From a virus: DNA of 64,000 bases. Shown in pieces: positions 40,985 through 51,264 of the stretch (within the stretch, counting starts at the first letter, position 1; every line of letters begins with the position of its first letter). Under the pieces are notes generated by a model. The model had not been told where the DNA came from. It searched no databases and saw only the letters and a program-made list of their open reading frames with translations. The position numbers and the translations under genes were made by a program. Where the stretch lies: the IMG/VR virus record IMGVR_UViG_3300037502_002960, positions 19,360 to 83,359 of that record. One strand, written 5' to 3'.

Positions 40985-42010
40985 ATGTTAAAACAGATAG
41001 ATAAAGATGTAAAATATATGGAAAAAAGATTTTTTGAACTATTAGATATTCATGGGGTTAGTGGTGACGAGGGTAGAGTAAGAGATTACCTTATCAAAGA
41101 ACTTGCTCAAACAGTTGATAAAATTAAAGTTGATAATTACGGAAACCTACTTGCAGAAAAGAAATTTAATGGTGGTAAAGGTTCGGTAGTAATGTTATCT
41201 TCACACATGGATACAGTTAGAGGCGTTTTAAATGATAGAAAAGTAATCAAAGATAATAAGGGTAATATTCATTCTAACAAAGGTGCTTTGGGTGCAGATG
41301 ATAGAGCAGGTATCGCAATCATTTTAGCAACTTATAAAAAGTTATTAAAAGAAAATGATTTTACTGGTACGGTTAAGTTTGCATTTAGCAGAGAAGAAGA
41401 AATTGGTTGTGTTGGTTCAAGTAAGATTGATAAAAATTTCTACAAAGACGTTGATTTAGCCATTGTGGTAGATAGACGTGGGAATAGTGATATTGTAGGT
41501 GGTTGTTACAGTGCATTCTGTAGTAATGCTGTAGGAGATTTTATGGAGCATGTAGCTAAGTGTAATAATTTAGATTTTAGAATGGTAGAGGGCGGTATTT
41601 CTGATGCAGTGACGTTTTCAGAAAACGGAATCAATTCTGTAAACATTAGCGCAGGATACTATAATGAACACACAGATAAAGAATATGCAAGTATTTATGA
41701 TATGGAGAAAAGTTTAGACCTTTTGATGGGAACTTTTGACATGGTTAACACCTATAAAGAAGCTTTTGGTAGTGTACCAAAAGATGGAAATGATTGGGTT
41801 GGAAAAAAATATAGTTCAGCCTACTTTGAAGATGATTATTATAATTACTACGATGATATGTGGTATGAAGAGTCAGACCCTAACGGTGAAGTATTCGCTT
41901 ATGGTGACGGTAATAACATTTATATCGAGCAAGGAGACCAACTAATAACATTAAACAAAAGCACGTTAGATTCTATTGTAACACAAATTTATATAGGGGC
42001 TGATAAATAA
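40985..42010 (+). CDS. M20/M28-family zinc peptidase
   Basis: SHMDTV, LGADDRAG, EEIG, VDRRG, YYNEHT. Confidence 0.85.
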   Translation: MLKQIDKDVKYMEKRFFELLDIHGVSGDEGRVRDYLIKELAQTVDKIKVDNYGNLLAEKKFNGGKGSVVMLSSHMDTVRGVLNDRKVIKDNKGNIHSNKGALGADDRAGIAIILATYKKLLKENDFTGTVKFAFSREEEIGCVGSSKIDKNFYKDVDLAIVVDRRGNSDIVGGCYSAFCSNAVGDFMEHVAKCNNLDFRMVEGGISDAVTFSENGINSVNISAGYYNEHTDKEYASIYDMEKSLDLLMGTFDMVNTYKEAFGSVPKDGNDWVGKKYSSAYFEDDYYNYYDDMWYEESDPNGEVFAYGDGNNIYIEQGDQLITLNKSTLDSIVTQIYIGADK

Positions 42011-42306
42011 TGAAAACAAAAAAGACGTTAAAAAGAACAAAAATGGTAAAAATTAAAGACTTTAACTTATATTATTTTGGAGAAATGATAAAAACAAAAA
42101 ACGATGATTACATGATTTATTTGAGAGGTGTAAAGCCTTGTATCGGAGGATTCACAGGGTTTTATCTAGGCGACTTTAACCACGACTTTATCAAAAGGAT
42201 TGACTTTATGTTAAGAGAGATTAGTCACAGTGATATCGCTAAACTAGATAGAAACACACTTGTATATATCGATAGTAAAAACAAAAAAATCTATGCTTTA
42301 AAATAA
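42010..42306 (+). CDS. Hypothetical protein
   Basis: 98 aa, coupled. Confidence 0.5.
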   Translation: MKTKKTLKRTKMVKIKDFNLYYFGEMIKTKNDDYMIYLRGVKPCIGGFTGFYLGDFNHDFIKRIDFMLREISHSDIAKLDRNTLVYIDSKNKKIYALK

Positions 42307-42314
42307 AGGGTTAA

Positions 42315-42452
42315 TTTTACTTTCTGAGCAGGTAGCTTAAACAGAGAAATATAATATACTTAATAATAATATATAAATTAAATAAATAATATATTAAGAC
42401 ATATATAGTATATTATATTTCTCTACTTTGACTACCTTCTAAAAAAGTAAAA
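42315..42452. repeat. Origin-like element copy 3
   Basis: GCAGGTAGCTTAAACAGAGAAATATAATA ... TATTATATTTCTCTACTTTGACTACC, same arms as the 18.1 and 18.4 kb copies. Confidence 0.75.
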
Positions 42453-42527
42453 ATAATTATCATAATCTATTGACAAAAGTATAAAATAATGATATACTAT
42501 ATATATAATAACATAAGAGGTGATAAC

Positions 42528-43004
42528 ATGGATTTTGAAACAATTAACCGTGAAGCTAGAAACTTTTTGATTGAAGAGTATAACTTGTATTTACCGTTCG
42601 ACGTAGAAATTAATGGAAGGCTAACAAGAACTTTTGGTAGGTTTGTTCACAGAGAAAGAGAGGCTCTAAAAGTTGAACTATCTAGACATTTTGTTGAAAA
42701 TAACAAAAGAGAAGCAGTTTTAGATGTTTTAAAGCATGAACTTATTCATTTTGCAATGTTTGTAAAAGGAAAACAGCACGAAGATGGAAGTAGAGATTTT
42801 GAAAGAGAATTAGAAAGACTTGGAGTAGTTAGCCAGAAAAATGTTCACAAATACGATTTTAAAGTTAAACCAAAAAACTATAATATTTACGGTTGTTCAA
42901 AGTGTAAAAAAACAATAAAAAGAATTAAAAAGTTAGATACAAATAAATGGATGTGCAGTTGTGGTGGTAATCTTATTCACAACGGAAAGACTAAGGAGGT
43001 TTAA
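42528..43004 (+). CDS. SprT-like zinc metalloprotease
   Basis: NGRLTRTFGRF, HELIH, H...F, C-terminal CxxC..CxC; start at MDFET after GAGGTG. Confidence 0.82.
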   Translation: MDFETINREARNFLIEEYNLYLPFDVEINGRLTRTFGRFVHREREALKVELSRHFVENNKREAVLDVLKHELIHFAMFVKGKQHEDGSRDFERELERLGVVSQKNVHKYDFKVKPKNYNIYGCSKCKKTIKRIKKLDTNKWMCSCGGNLIHNGKTKEV

Positions 43005-43009
43005 TAGAA

Positions 43010-43453
43010 ATGATTAAGACAAAGTATTGGGAAATGAGACAAAAGGACTTGGGAAGATTTTGTGGTAACAGAAAACATTACTCACAAATGAGTGACTTTG
43101 AAACAAAAAAGATTGATAGAAAGTTGAAAAGGTTTGAGGATTGGGAAATCCTCAAACATGCCAAAGACAGATTAAAAGAAAAAAATATTGGGTGTAAATA
43201 TGACGATATTGTATCAACTATTTATAATTGTGATATAATTGAGTATAAGATTGACTATAATAAGTTTAAAGAGTGTTATGAAGAAAGAGTTGTTGTTAGG
43301 GGTCGTTCGTTGGTAAATGGTTCTTATAACCTAAACGTGGTGTTTAATATCACAACAGGAAGTGTAGTTACAGTTTGGGTGAATCATGTAAAAGATAATC
43401 ATAAGACATTAGATTTCAGCATCTACAATAAAAGAATGAGAGTTTTTGCATAA
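43010..43453 (+). CDS. DUF4258-like putative RNase-fold protein
   Basis: HAKDRLKEK, R.VVRG, NVVF...VVTVW pattern. Confidence 0.5.
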   Translation: MIKTKYWEMRQKDLGRFCGNRKHYSQMSDFETKKIDRKLKRFEDWEILKHAKDRLKEKNIGCKYDDIVSTIYNCDIIEYKIDYNKFKECYEERVVVRGRSLVNGSYNLNVVFNITTGSVVTVWVNHVKDNHKTLDFSIYNKRMRVFA

Positions 43454-43471
43454 CTAAAAGGGGGATTTAAA

Positions 43472-44140
43472 TTGTTAGGTTTAAATGAGGTAGAGGCTTT
43501 ATTAGGAAAGATTGAAGGTCATATTGAGTCGATTAGTACAGATAAGTATTATCACACAAAGAATTTTAAGAGTGACACAGGGGATGAATATAATGTGGTA
43601 GTGTTTCATAATATTGATGCCTACACGGACTTTTTAGATGTGATAGAAGGTATCGTTGGTAACGATTTTGATTCACTGTTTGAGTATTTTGGTGAACACG
43701 TTTATGATTTAGACCTTGGTAATAAGAAAGAAGAGATGCAAGATTTGTTGTATGATATATTTGGTAATGCATATATCAAAGAAGATTTAATCGAGTGCGA
43801 TTCATGCGGTTCTGTATACTCACCATTCGGTGCAGGTATTAAAATCAATGATAAGAGCCTATGCCTATCTTGTGTAGCCCCAGAGGACAAAAAAGAGCTA
43901 CTAGAAACATTCGTTAATAACTATAAAAATGTTAATACCTATTTCACAGATGAAGAGTTGGTTGAGCTTGGTTTTGTAAAGGTTAGTAACGTAGATTTTG
44001 TTTATCGTGGTGTTGATTTTGACGTAGACCCAGAAGAGGTTTTAAAGGTTATTAATCAAAAATATGACAAGGTTATTTTTTCATTAGAATACTATGAAGA
44101 AGGTCATGTTGAGTATAGTGTGTGGGCGAAAGTGGATTAA
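43472..44140 (+). CDS. Hypothetical Zn-finger protein
   Basis: CDSCG...CLSC. Confidence 0.55.
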   Translation: MLGLNEVEALLGKIEGHIESISTDKYYHTKNFKSDTGDEYNVVVFHNIDAYTDFLDVIEGIVGNDFDSLFEYFGEHVYDLDLGNKKEEMQDLLYDIFGNAYIKEDLIECDSCGSVYSPFGAGIKINDKSLCLSCVAPEDKKELLETFVNNYKNVNTYFTDEELVELGFVKVSNVDFVYRGVDFDVDPEEVLKVINQKYDKVIFSLEYYEEGHVEYSVWAKVD

Positions 44141-44255
44141 ACAAAAATAGTCTATACTGTATTTGGTTTTCATATACTGTATAACAGAAACGGTCAAATA
44201 TTACGGGCAAAAATAGGAAAAATTTTAAAAATTTTTAAGAAAAATATTTATAAAA

Positions 44256-45008
44256 GTGAAAAACAAGGGGGAAAACGCAGTGAAAACACGAAAAAAGCGT
44301 GATAAAAACAGACTTTTAACAACATTGGCGGTCTTGTTTTTTAGTGGTCTAGTTATTTCGATAATTGGATATGCAGTTGTTAACAATTTAGATTCATATA
44401 AAACTGAAAGTTATATTGAAAAAAGGTTTGAACAGTTAGAATTGGCATACAAAGACTCTAAAAAAGATGATTTATCAAAAGAGGTTTTTGAAGATGATTA
44501 TAAGCAAACAGTAGACGAGGTATTAGATGAAAACTTGGATGATGGCGTTGTACAGGTTGAAAATGTTCAAGTAATCAACAACGAGCTTTTTAGATATGAT
44601 TTATCAGATAAAGAAGTTGAGTTTATCAAAGTGTATCAAAACTTTAACAAAAAATTTGTAGACAATTATATTGATATATCAGACGGGGTACAAAGTTTAT
44701 ATAAAGATACAACTTTATTGAAATCTCAAGATTGGAAAGATGATATTGAAGATTCTTTAGATGATGTTGAGATACTTATAGAATTATTGCAAGAGACTGT
44801 AGATGGAAAAAAGTTTCCAGAGAAGTTTGAAAAAAATTTAATAGACCTGCACACAGTTTATGCAAAAACATTGAGTGACACAAAGTCCATGGTTGACAAC
44901 TATCTTAATGGTGAATCAGAAGCTGGCATGAACTTTGCCCAAAAGATTGAAGATGATATAGAGGTGTTTAGGTACATTGAAAAAGAAGGTGTAAAGTTAT
45001 ATAAATAG
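44256..45008 (+). CDS. Membrane-anchored protein
   Basis: Basic N-terminus plus TM helix, acidic helical domain. Confidence 0.6.
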   Translation: MKNKGENAVKTRKKRDKNRLLTTLAVLFFSGLVISIIGYAVVNNLDSYKTESYIEKRFEQLELAYKDSKKDDLSKEVFEDDYKQTVDEVLDENLDDGVVQVENVQVINNELFRYDLSDKEVEFIKVYQNFNKKFVDNYIDISDGVQSLYKDTTLLKSQDWKDDIEDSLDDVEILIELLQETVDGKKFPEKFEKNLIDLHTVYAKTLSDTKSMVDNYLNGESEAGMNFAQKIEDDIEVFRYIEKEGVKLYK

Positions 45009-45336
45009 CATAAAAAATTGCTATATTCAATAGTTTTATTAAAAAAACATTAAAAAGTAAACAAAAATGTTTACAGAATGTACACAAAGCATTATAATAA
45101 AAATAAGTTATCTTGTATATGAGATAAGAAAGGTATGTATTCTTATGATAAATAAGATTTATAAGAAGATTGAACACACTTAATTATAAGGGTTTAACTA
45201 TAATATTAAAATCATATAAAAAACCCCCCTTATTATTAAGTTTTATATAAAAATAAAAAATAAAAAGATAAAACACGAATATTATTATTGATAAATGGAT
45301 ATAATAATAGTAAGAAAACATTAAGGGGAGATAAAC

Positions 45337-46350
45337 ATGATTAAACTAAAAGGGATGCAAATGTATAACCATTCTGTAAAAGAAGAGTTTTTGTCTAACA
45401 TTAAAGAAGACACCAGACCTTCATATGAAAGAATTTTTAAAATGACAGCAGGAACAGAGGAAGTTTTAGGCAAAGACGTAAGCGAATTTAATTTAAATGA
45501 AATCGAAAAATTATTAGTAAGCTTCAAATCAAAATCGAAAAATACTATTGAAGCATATGGTAGAATCATTTCGAGTTATTTAAACTGGTCTGAAAAAACA
45601 AAACGGATTCAAAAAAACGTTATGGAAGAATTAAAAACAAATGACTTTGAAAAATTCGTTGTAAAAAGCTTTAACTATTACACAGAAAGAGAAATAAGAC
45701 TTGTTGAAGATTTTTGTAACAATTATCAAGACGCAGTTATAATCAGATTATTGTTTCTTGGTGTAGGTGGTAAAAAGCTTAGTGAAATTAGAAACTTAAA
45801 AATTGATGATGTTGATTTTAAAAACAAAAGAGCTTTAGTTAAGAATTCGTTAAAAGAAGATGAAAATGGGAATCCATTAAAGTTTACTGAAAGAATGGTT
45901 GAACTAGACGATAGAGCATTAGATTTTATTGAAAAGGCTAATCAAGAAAAAATTTACCTAAAGAAAAACGGGGATATGGATTTTCACAACAATATTAGAC
46001 CGTATACGGATTTAATTAAAAATGGATATGTGCTAAAACAATCTCTAACTAGAAACAAAGATACTAAATCGGTCGTGGACAAGTTTGTTTTGTATAGAAG
46101 ATTATCAACAGTTGCTGAGCTTTTTGGCATTAAAGATTTTAGCTCAAAAAAGATACAGCAAAGTGGTATGTTAAATTTTGCCAAAGATGTTGTTGGTGAT
46201 GAGGTCACTGTAATAGATTTGAAAATAATCGGGGATAAATTTAATATTAATTCTTATCATAATCTAAAAGGGTTTATTACAAAAGAAAACATTGAAAGAT
46301 ATAAAAACAAAAATAGAGGTGAGAAAAATGAGAACAGTTTCTTTACATGA
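45337..46350 (+). CDS. MrpR/YopR-like repressor (catalytically degenerate tyrosine-recombinase fold)
   Basis: MYN..KEEFL start; LLFLGVGGKKLSEIRNLK lacks the catalytic Arg; no HxxR (IQQSG). Confidence 0.7.
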   Translation: MIKLKGMQMYNHSVKEEFLSNIKEDTRPSYERIFKMTAGTEEVLGKDVSEFNLNEIEKLLVSFKSKSKNTIEAYGRIISSYLNWSEKTKRIQKNVMEELKTNDFEKFVVKSFNYYTEREIRLVEDFCNNYQDAVIIRLLFLGVGGKKLSEIRNLKIDDVDFKNKRALVKNSLKEDENGNPLKFTERMVELDDRALDFIEKANQEKIYLKKNGDMDFHNNIRPYTDLIKNGYVLKQSLTRNKDTKSVVDKFVLYRRLSTVAELFGIKDFSSKKIQQSGMLNFAKDVVGDEVTVIDLKIIGDKFNINSYHNLKGFITKENIERYKNKNRGEKNENSFFT

Positions 46351-46642
46351 AACAGATATTATTTTAGATAGAAAGAAGCTAAATAAAATACTGGAATATA
46401 AAGGCATGACAAACAAGGATTTGTATTTTAAAGTTACTGATAAATTTGGTCTAGACCTAACTTACAAAGGGTTCATGAGCCTTATCAACAACAAGTCATC
46501 TTGGCGACTCCTTTATGCCTACGCAATTGTAAAGTCATTAGACAAAAATTTTGATGATATTTATACCATTATTAAAGTTGACCTTGATAAAAAGATTGAA
46601 GAAAAAAGAGAGTGGAGACAAAAATACGAAAAGCAAAAATAA
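46328..46642 (+). CDS. XRE-like HTH regulator
   Basis: LNKILEYKGMTNKDL...LINNK...IVKSL; ATG after GAGGTG. Confidence 0.55.
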   Translation: MRTVSLHETDIILDRKKLNKILEYKGMTNKDLYFKVTDKFGLDLTYKGFMSLINNKSSWRLLYAYAIVKSLDKNFDDIYTIIKVDLDKKIEEKREWRQKYEKQK

Positions 46643-46719
46643 AAACTTTTTGCTTTTCGTATTGACAACATCTGTTTATCATGGTATAATTTAATTATAA
46701 CTTAAGAAAGGGTGTTTGC

Positions 46720-47106
46720 ATGTACATTGAGGATTTGTTTGAGTCAGAGAAAATGATAAACATGTGCAAAATGGTTTTATCCGATTCAGAATCTATTAAA
46801 CTATTTTACAACGATTACTACTCACCAGAAAATGGTAACCCAGCTTTTGACCTATTAAGATACAGAGAAGACTTATTAAAAGAAAAACACAACAACCTAG
46901 AGGCAGAGGAGTTTTACATAGCTGAAACAAAGCTTGGTTTAAAATGTGCCACAGAATTATTATTCTCTTATCCTTTCTCTAATTCTGAACAAGCTTTGTT
47001 TAATATTTGTTTGAAAAAGGGTTTAAATTCAGAATTCATTTTTAATTCTTTTATTGAAGATTTTAAATGTAACATTATCAAAAAAATAGTTCTAAGTTTT
47101 ACTTGA
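46720..47106 (+). CDS. Hypothetical protein
   Basis: 128 aa; promoter 46662-46690. Confidence 0.55.
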   Translation: MYIEDLFESEKMINMCKMVLSDSESIKLFYNDYYSPENGNPAFDLLRYREDLLKEKHNNLEAEEFYIAETKLGLKCATELLFSYPFSNSEQALFNICLKKGLNSEFIFNSFIEDFKCNIIKKIVLSFT

Positions 47107-47218
47107 CAAAAGCATTATTATATGATATAATTAATCTTGTTGCTAAAAGGAGAAGAAAAATCTTTCTTATCCTTTACCTATAAAAAGCAAAAATAATAAC
47201 ATTAGGAGGTTTTGCTGA

Positions 47219-48340
47219 ATGGCAGAATTGAAAGAAACAAAAGGTAAATTTAAGGTTGTAGGTAAAGTGTCACGTATTGACCGTGACGGAGCATTTAAAG
47301 AAAGTATTATGGATAATCAGAATAACAAAAATCACGGTAGAACTTATCGTGCCTTACGTTTTGGAGTTAAGACGTCAGATACAAATGAAATTTTTGTTGG
47401 ATGTTTTGACTATGAACCAGAGGAAGTTTTTATGTGGAATAGTGAGATGAAAAAAGCTGACCCTTCATACAAAGGGACACGGGTTCCACTTGGTGATTGG
47501 GAAATGAACAAAAGCAAGTACAAAGAAGACGGATACGCTGTTTTACAATCACGTATTGGTCTAGATTGGAAAGACGATGGAAAGCTTGATACAGAAGGTT
47601 TACCACGCTATATCACAAGCAAGTTGTTATATGATAATCTTAACAATGGTGACCCAGTTGCTGTAGAAGGTACTGTACGATACAGTGAATACCAGAATCA
47701 ACAAGGTCAAACAGTGAAAAGGAAAGATTATACAATTGAGAAAGTATTCCGATTAAAGAAATTAGATTTTGATTCAGAAGACTTCAATGAAGTATCTTAC
47801 TTTGAGCAAGAAGTTGTTTATGTTGATGTAGACATTGATAAGAAAGAGAAGAAAGCTTACTTAACAGGTCGTGTCATTGACTACTTTAAAAACTTTGTTG
47901 ATATGGATTTTGTGGTCAACTTTGGTACAGAAGATGGTGGTAATGACCCAGATATGGTTAAACTAGCTGAAGCGTTAGCCAAAAAAGTTAAATTTGGTGA
48001 TGTAATTAATGTTTACGGTAATGCTGTTAATAAGATGATTGTTACTGAAGAAGAAGATGATGAAGTTGATGAAGCAGATGAACTAATCAAAAGCCTTGGT
48101 GGTAAGTCTAAGCCTAAACATGCCCAAGGATATGTTGCCAGAACTTATATCACAGAGATGGAAATTGAAGGTATTGACGCTTGGGATGAAAAAGTTTATT
48201 CAGAAGATGATTTCATTAAAAAAGAAACTATTGAAAATTCTAAGTCTGGATTAGGCGGTAAAAAGAAAGCTGACCCATTCGCTAACTTAGATGATGATGA
48301 TGGAATTGAAGACGTTAGTGATGACGAGTTGCCATTCTGA
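47219..48340 (+). CDS. Single-stranded DNA-binding protein (YorF-like, tandem OB folds)
   Basis: V.VEG.V.YSEY OB motif, acidic DDELPF tail; promoter 47103-47131. Confidence 0.75.
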   Translation: MAELKETKGKFKVVGKVSRIDRDGAFKESIMDNQNNKNHGRTYRALRFGVKTSDTNEIFVGCFDYEPEEVFMWNSEMKKADPSYKGTRVPLGDWEMNKSKYKEDGYAVLQSRIGLDWKDDGKLDTEGLPRYITSKLLYDNLNNGDPVAVEGTVRYSEYQNQQGQTVKRKDYTIEKVFRLKKLDFDSEDFNEVSYFEQEVVYVDVDIDKKEKKAYLTGRVIDYFKNFVDMDFVVNFGTEDGGNDPDMVKLAEALAKKVKFGDVINVYGNAVNKMIVTEEEDDEVDEADELIKSLGGKSKPKHAQGYVARTYITEMEIEGIDAWDEKVYSEDDFIKKETIENSKSGLGGKKKADPFANLDDDDGIEDVSDDELPF

Positions 48341-48450
48341 TGCAGTACATAATTAAATAAGATATTTTTAACACCATAAAAACAGTAAAAACATAGGTGT
48401 AAAATAAAATTAGGAAAACACCCCTTTTGAATAAAAGGGAGAAATTAAAT

Positions 48451-49873
48451 ATGGGATTATTAGACAAAATTAAGCCACACAAAGTAGTAGCAGATGCATT
48501 TAATTACAAGTACGTTATCGCTGGTAAATAGTTTGCCACATTATGTAGCGATGCATAATTGCAAACCCCTCTATAAAACGGGAAACCCTAAGTCTTAAAG
48601 ATATGGCGACCCGAACCGAAGTTGTAATTTAAAAGTTACAACAGGTGCAACGAGTAGAAATTGAAACTAAATCTATCATTTAACCTATAAACAAAAAGAG
48701 TTTTCTATATTCTGTATAACAGAAACCACTAATTATTACGGGTGATTTTAGGATTAGAATAAAATATTTCCAAGAGAGAGGGGCATCTCACTGAGATGAA
48801 AAGGTACTCTGAACTAAAACAGAATCGACTGTTTGTATCTTATATTCCCGGTATAAGAGATGAGGGAAACCTCTAGAATTATCGGATAAAGAGCCGATGA
48901 GGTAACAAAATTGAGACCAAAAGCGGGAAAAACAAGTTTAGTATATGGTATTGTAAAAGAAAAATATGACGAAGATTTATCTAAGTTACTCCTTATCGCC
49001 TTCGAGAAAGGTTACAACGCTCTTGATGGAATCTATGCGAATGACATTGATGAATGGAGAGACTTCCAAGAGTTAGTTGATGAGCTTGTAGAAAGTAAAG
49101 ACGATGTTCCATTCAAAGCTTTAGCCCTAGATACAGTTGATGTTATGGGTAAAATGGCTACAGATTACATTCTAAAGACTCAATCACGAAAAGACGGCAA
49201 GCGTTATACAGCAATTAATGATTTGGCTTATGGTAAAGGTTATGAGTTGCTTGAGCGTGAAATGTCTGAACAGATTACAAAGCTAGATAAAGCAGGATAT
49301 TCTTTATTCTTCCTTACGCATGATAAAGACCGACAGTTTGAAACACGTGAGGGATTAAAATATGATAAAACAACACTATCGCTTGGTGGTCGTGTACGTG
49401 ATTTAGTCCTTAATATGGTAGACTTTATTGTGTTTATTGAGTTAAGCAAAGAACTTGTTAAAGGTGTTGCTGAAGACCGACGCTATATTTATTTCCGTGG
49501 TGATAGTGGTCTAGAGGCTGGTAGTCGATTTAAGCATGTGCCCAATCGAATCGAATACTCTTACAAAGGTTTTGTTGATACAGTAGAAGAAGCCATTCTT
49601 GCAGAGTATGGCGGAGACAAAAAAGCTGTAGAAAAAGCTAAGAAAGAACAAAACAAGGAAAAAGAAGAGAAGGCAAAAGAGTTTGTTGAAACCACTAAGA
49701 TTACTGCCGAAGAATTACAAACAAGTATTATTGATTTGGTAAAAGGTTTTGAAGCAGATAAGCGTAAAGATGCAATTGCTATGCTAAAATCTGAGCTTGG
49801 TAGCGCAGACCCACGAGAATCAGAAGATACTGACGCTTTAGGCAAAGTTTTAGAAGATTTGAAAAAAATGTAA
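48451..49873 (+). CDS. Sak4/AAA_24-like ATPase (YorG-like); exons 48451-48525 and 48914-49873
   Basis: Spliced Walker A YVIAG|RPKAGKT, FEKG, LDTVD, YGKGY, AGSRF; 344 aa after splicing. Confidence 0.85.
48526..48913 (+). mobile_element. Group I intron (388 nt, no ORF) inside Walker A
   Basis: P1 GGU|AAA pairs with UUUGCC, AAACGGGAAACC core, GCAACGAGUA/UACUCUG P7, ends AACAAAAUUG; removal fuses the frames. Confidence 0.88.
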
Positions 49874-49966
49874 TAAAATAAGGATTTTATCGAGTAAAAA
49901 GTACCCCCATAACTATGCTTATGGGGACACTTTTTCTCTAAAAATCCACTAAATTGGAGTGATTTT

Positions 49967-50629
49967 TTGAGTTATAATAAAAAAGACAAATTATTGCTTA
50001 TTACTATGGCGATAATCTTTGTTCTTTCACTTTCCTTCACTTTTTATAGAATTAACCAATCGACAGAAAAGGTTTTGGAATTTGAAAACGAAAACGAAAT
50101 CCTAAAAGAGAATGCGATTCTAAAAGAGGTTGAAATTTCTAATTTGATTTCAGAAAATGAATCGTTAAAAGAATCTGTAAAACAAAAAGATGATGAAATT
50201 TTTGAATTGAACCAGAGCCTAGAAAAATCTCAATCGGAAATCGACACACTCAAAAAAGAGGTAAAAAATTTAAAAAAGATTAAATCCTCAACGGTAAAAT
50301 CAAGCTCTAGCGCAAAGGGAAAAGAGATTAAGGTTTCAGCAACAGCCTATACAGCGACATGTGATGGTTGTAGCGGTATTACATACACTGGTCATGATGT
50401 GAGAAATACAATTTATAAAAACGGTAACAGAATCATTGCCGTTGACCCTAGTGTAATTCCGCTTGGGAGTAAAGTAAAAGTTGAAACAGATAATGGATTG
50501 AGTTTTGTGGCTACTGCCCAAGACATTGGTGGTGCTATAAAGGGTAGAAAAATTGATATCTTAGTTGCAACTAAATCTAGAGCGTATGAAATCGGTAGGG
50601 TTGGGGCTACTGTTAAAATATTAGAATAA
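49967..50629 (+). CDS. 3D-domain cell-wall hydrolase (YorM-like), TM plus coiled coil
   Basis: ATAYT, IAVDPSVIPLGS, AQDIGGAIKGRKIDI. Confidence 0.88.
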   Translation: MSYNKKDKLLLITMAIIFVLSLSFTFYRINQSTEKVLEFENENEILKENAILKEVEISNLISENESLKESVKQKDDEIFELNQSLEKSQSEIDTLKKEVKNLKKIKSSTVKSSSSAKGKEIKVSATAYTATCDGCSGITYTGHDVRNTIYKNGNRIIAVDPSVIPLGSKVKVETDNGLSFVATAQDIGGAIKGRKIDILVATKSRAYEIGRVGATVKILE

Positions 50630-50639
50630 GGGGTGTCAG

Positions 50640-51149
50640 ATGGCTATCATTATTTTAGAAGGTTGTGACGGTGTAGGTAAAGATACTGTAGCTGAAAGTA
50701 TTTCAAAAGATTTAGGTATGCGAATTTTACGTGGCTCATCTTTTGAAATTTCAGAACTTGGTAAAGACGGAATGTTTGATTACATGATGAAATTATTAGA
50801 TAGCGATAACGTTATTTTAAATAGATTTTTTTATTCAAATATTGTTTACGGCAAAATCTTTAATTACCCCATGATGGATTCAGAGCAATATTCAAAGCTC
50901 TTAGAAAAAGTCAATGACAAGGGTGTTCTTGTTGTGAATCTAGTCTCAAGTGAAGATATAATTAAAGACAGGTTGGACAAACGTGGTGATGATAAAGTTA
51001 AATCTGAGCATGTTTCTGACATTATTAACTCTTACAGTGATGAGATGAAAGGGTTTTTCAAACCAGAAAAGCTTTTAATAGTTTCTAATGAAAAAGAGTC
51101 TGACATACATTTTATTAAAAATATGGTAAAAAATCTTGTAAAAGAGTGA
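50640..51149 (+). CDS. Deoxynucleoside monophosphate/thymidylate kinase-like (YorR-like)
   Basis: IILEGCDGVGK, NRFFYS..VYG, RGDD. Confidence 0.8.
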   Translation: MAIIILEGCDGVGKDTVAESISKDLGMRILRGSSFEISELGKDGMFDYMMKLLDSDNVILNRFFYSNIVYGKIFNYPMMDSEQYSKLLEKVNDKGVLVVNLVSSEDIIKDRLDKRGDDKVKSEHVSDIINSYSDEMKGFFKPEKLLIVSNEKESDIHFIKNMVKNLVKE

Positions 51150-51264
51150 TATTGTATCACTCTTTTTTTATTTTGTTTATAAAATCTGTTGACAATAGTT
51201 AATAATAATGATATAATGTATTTAAGTTAAAAAGTAAAAATAAAGAAAGTGAGGTTAAACGCAA

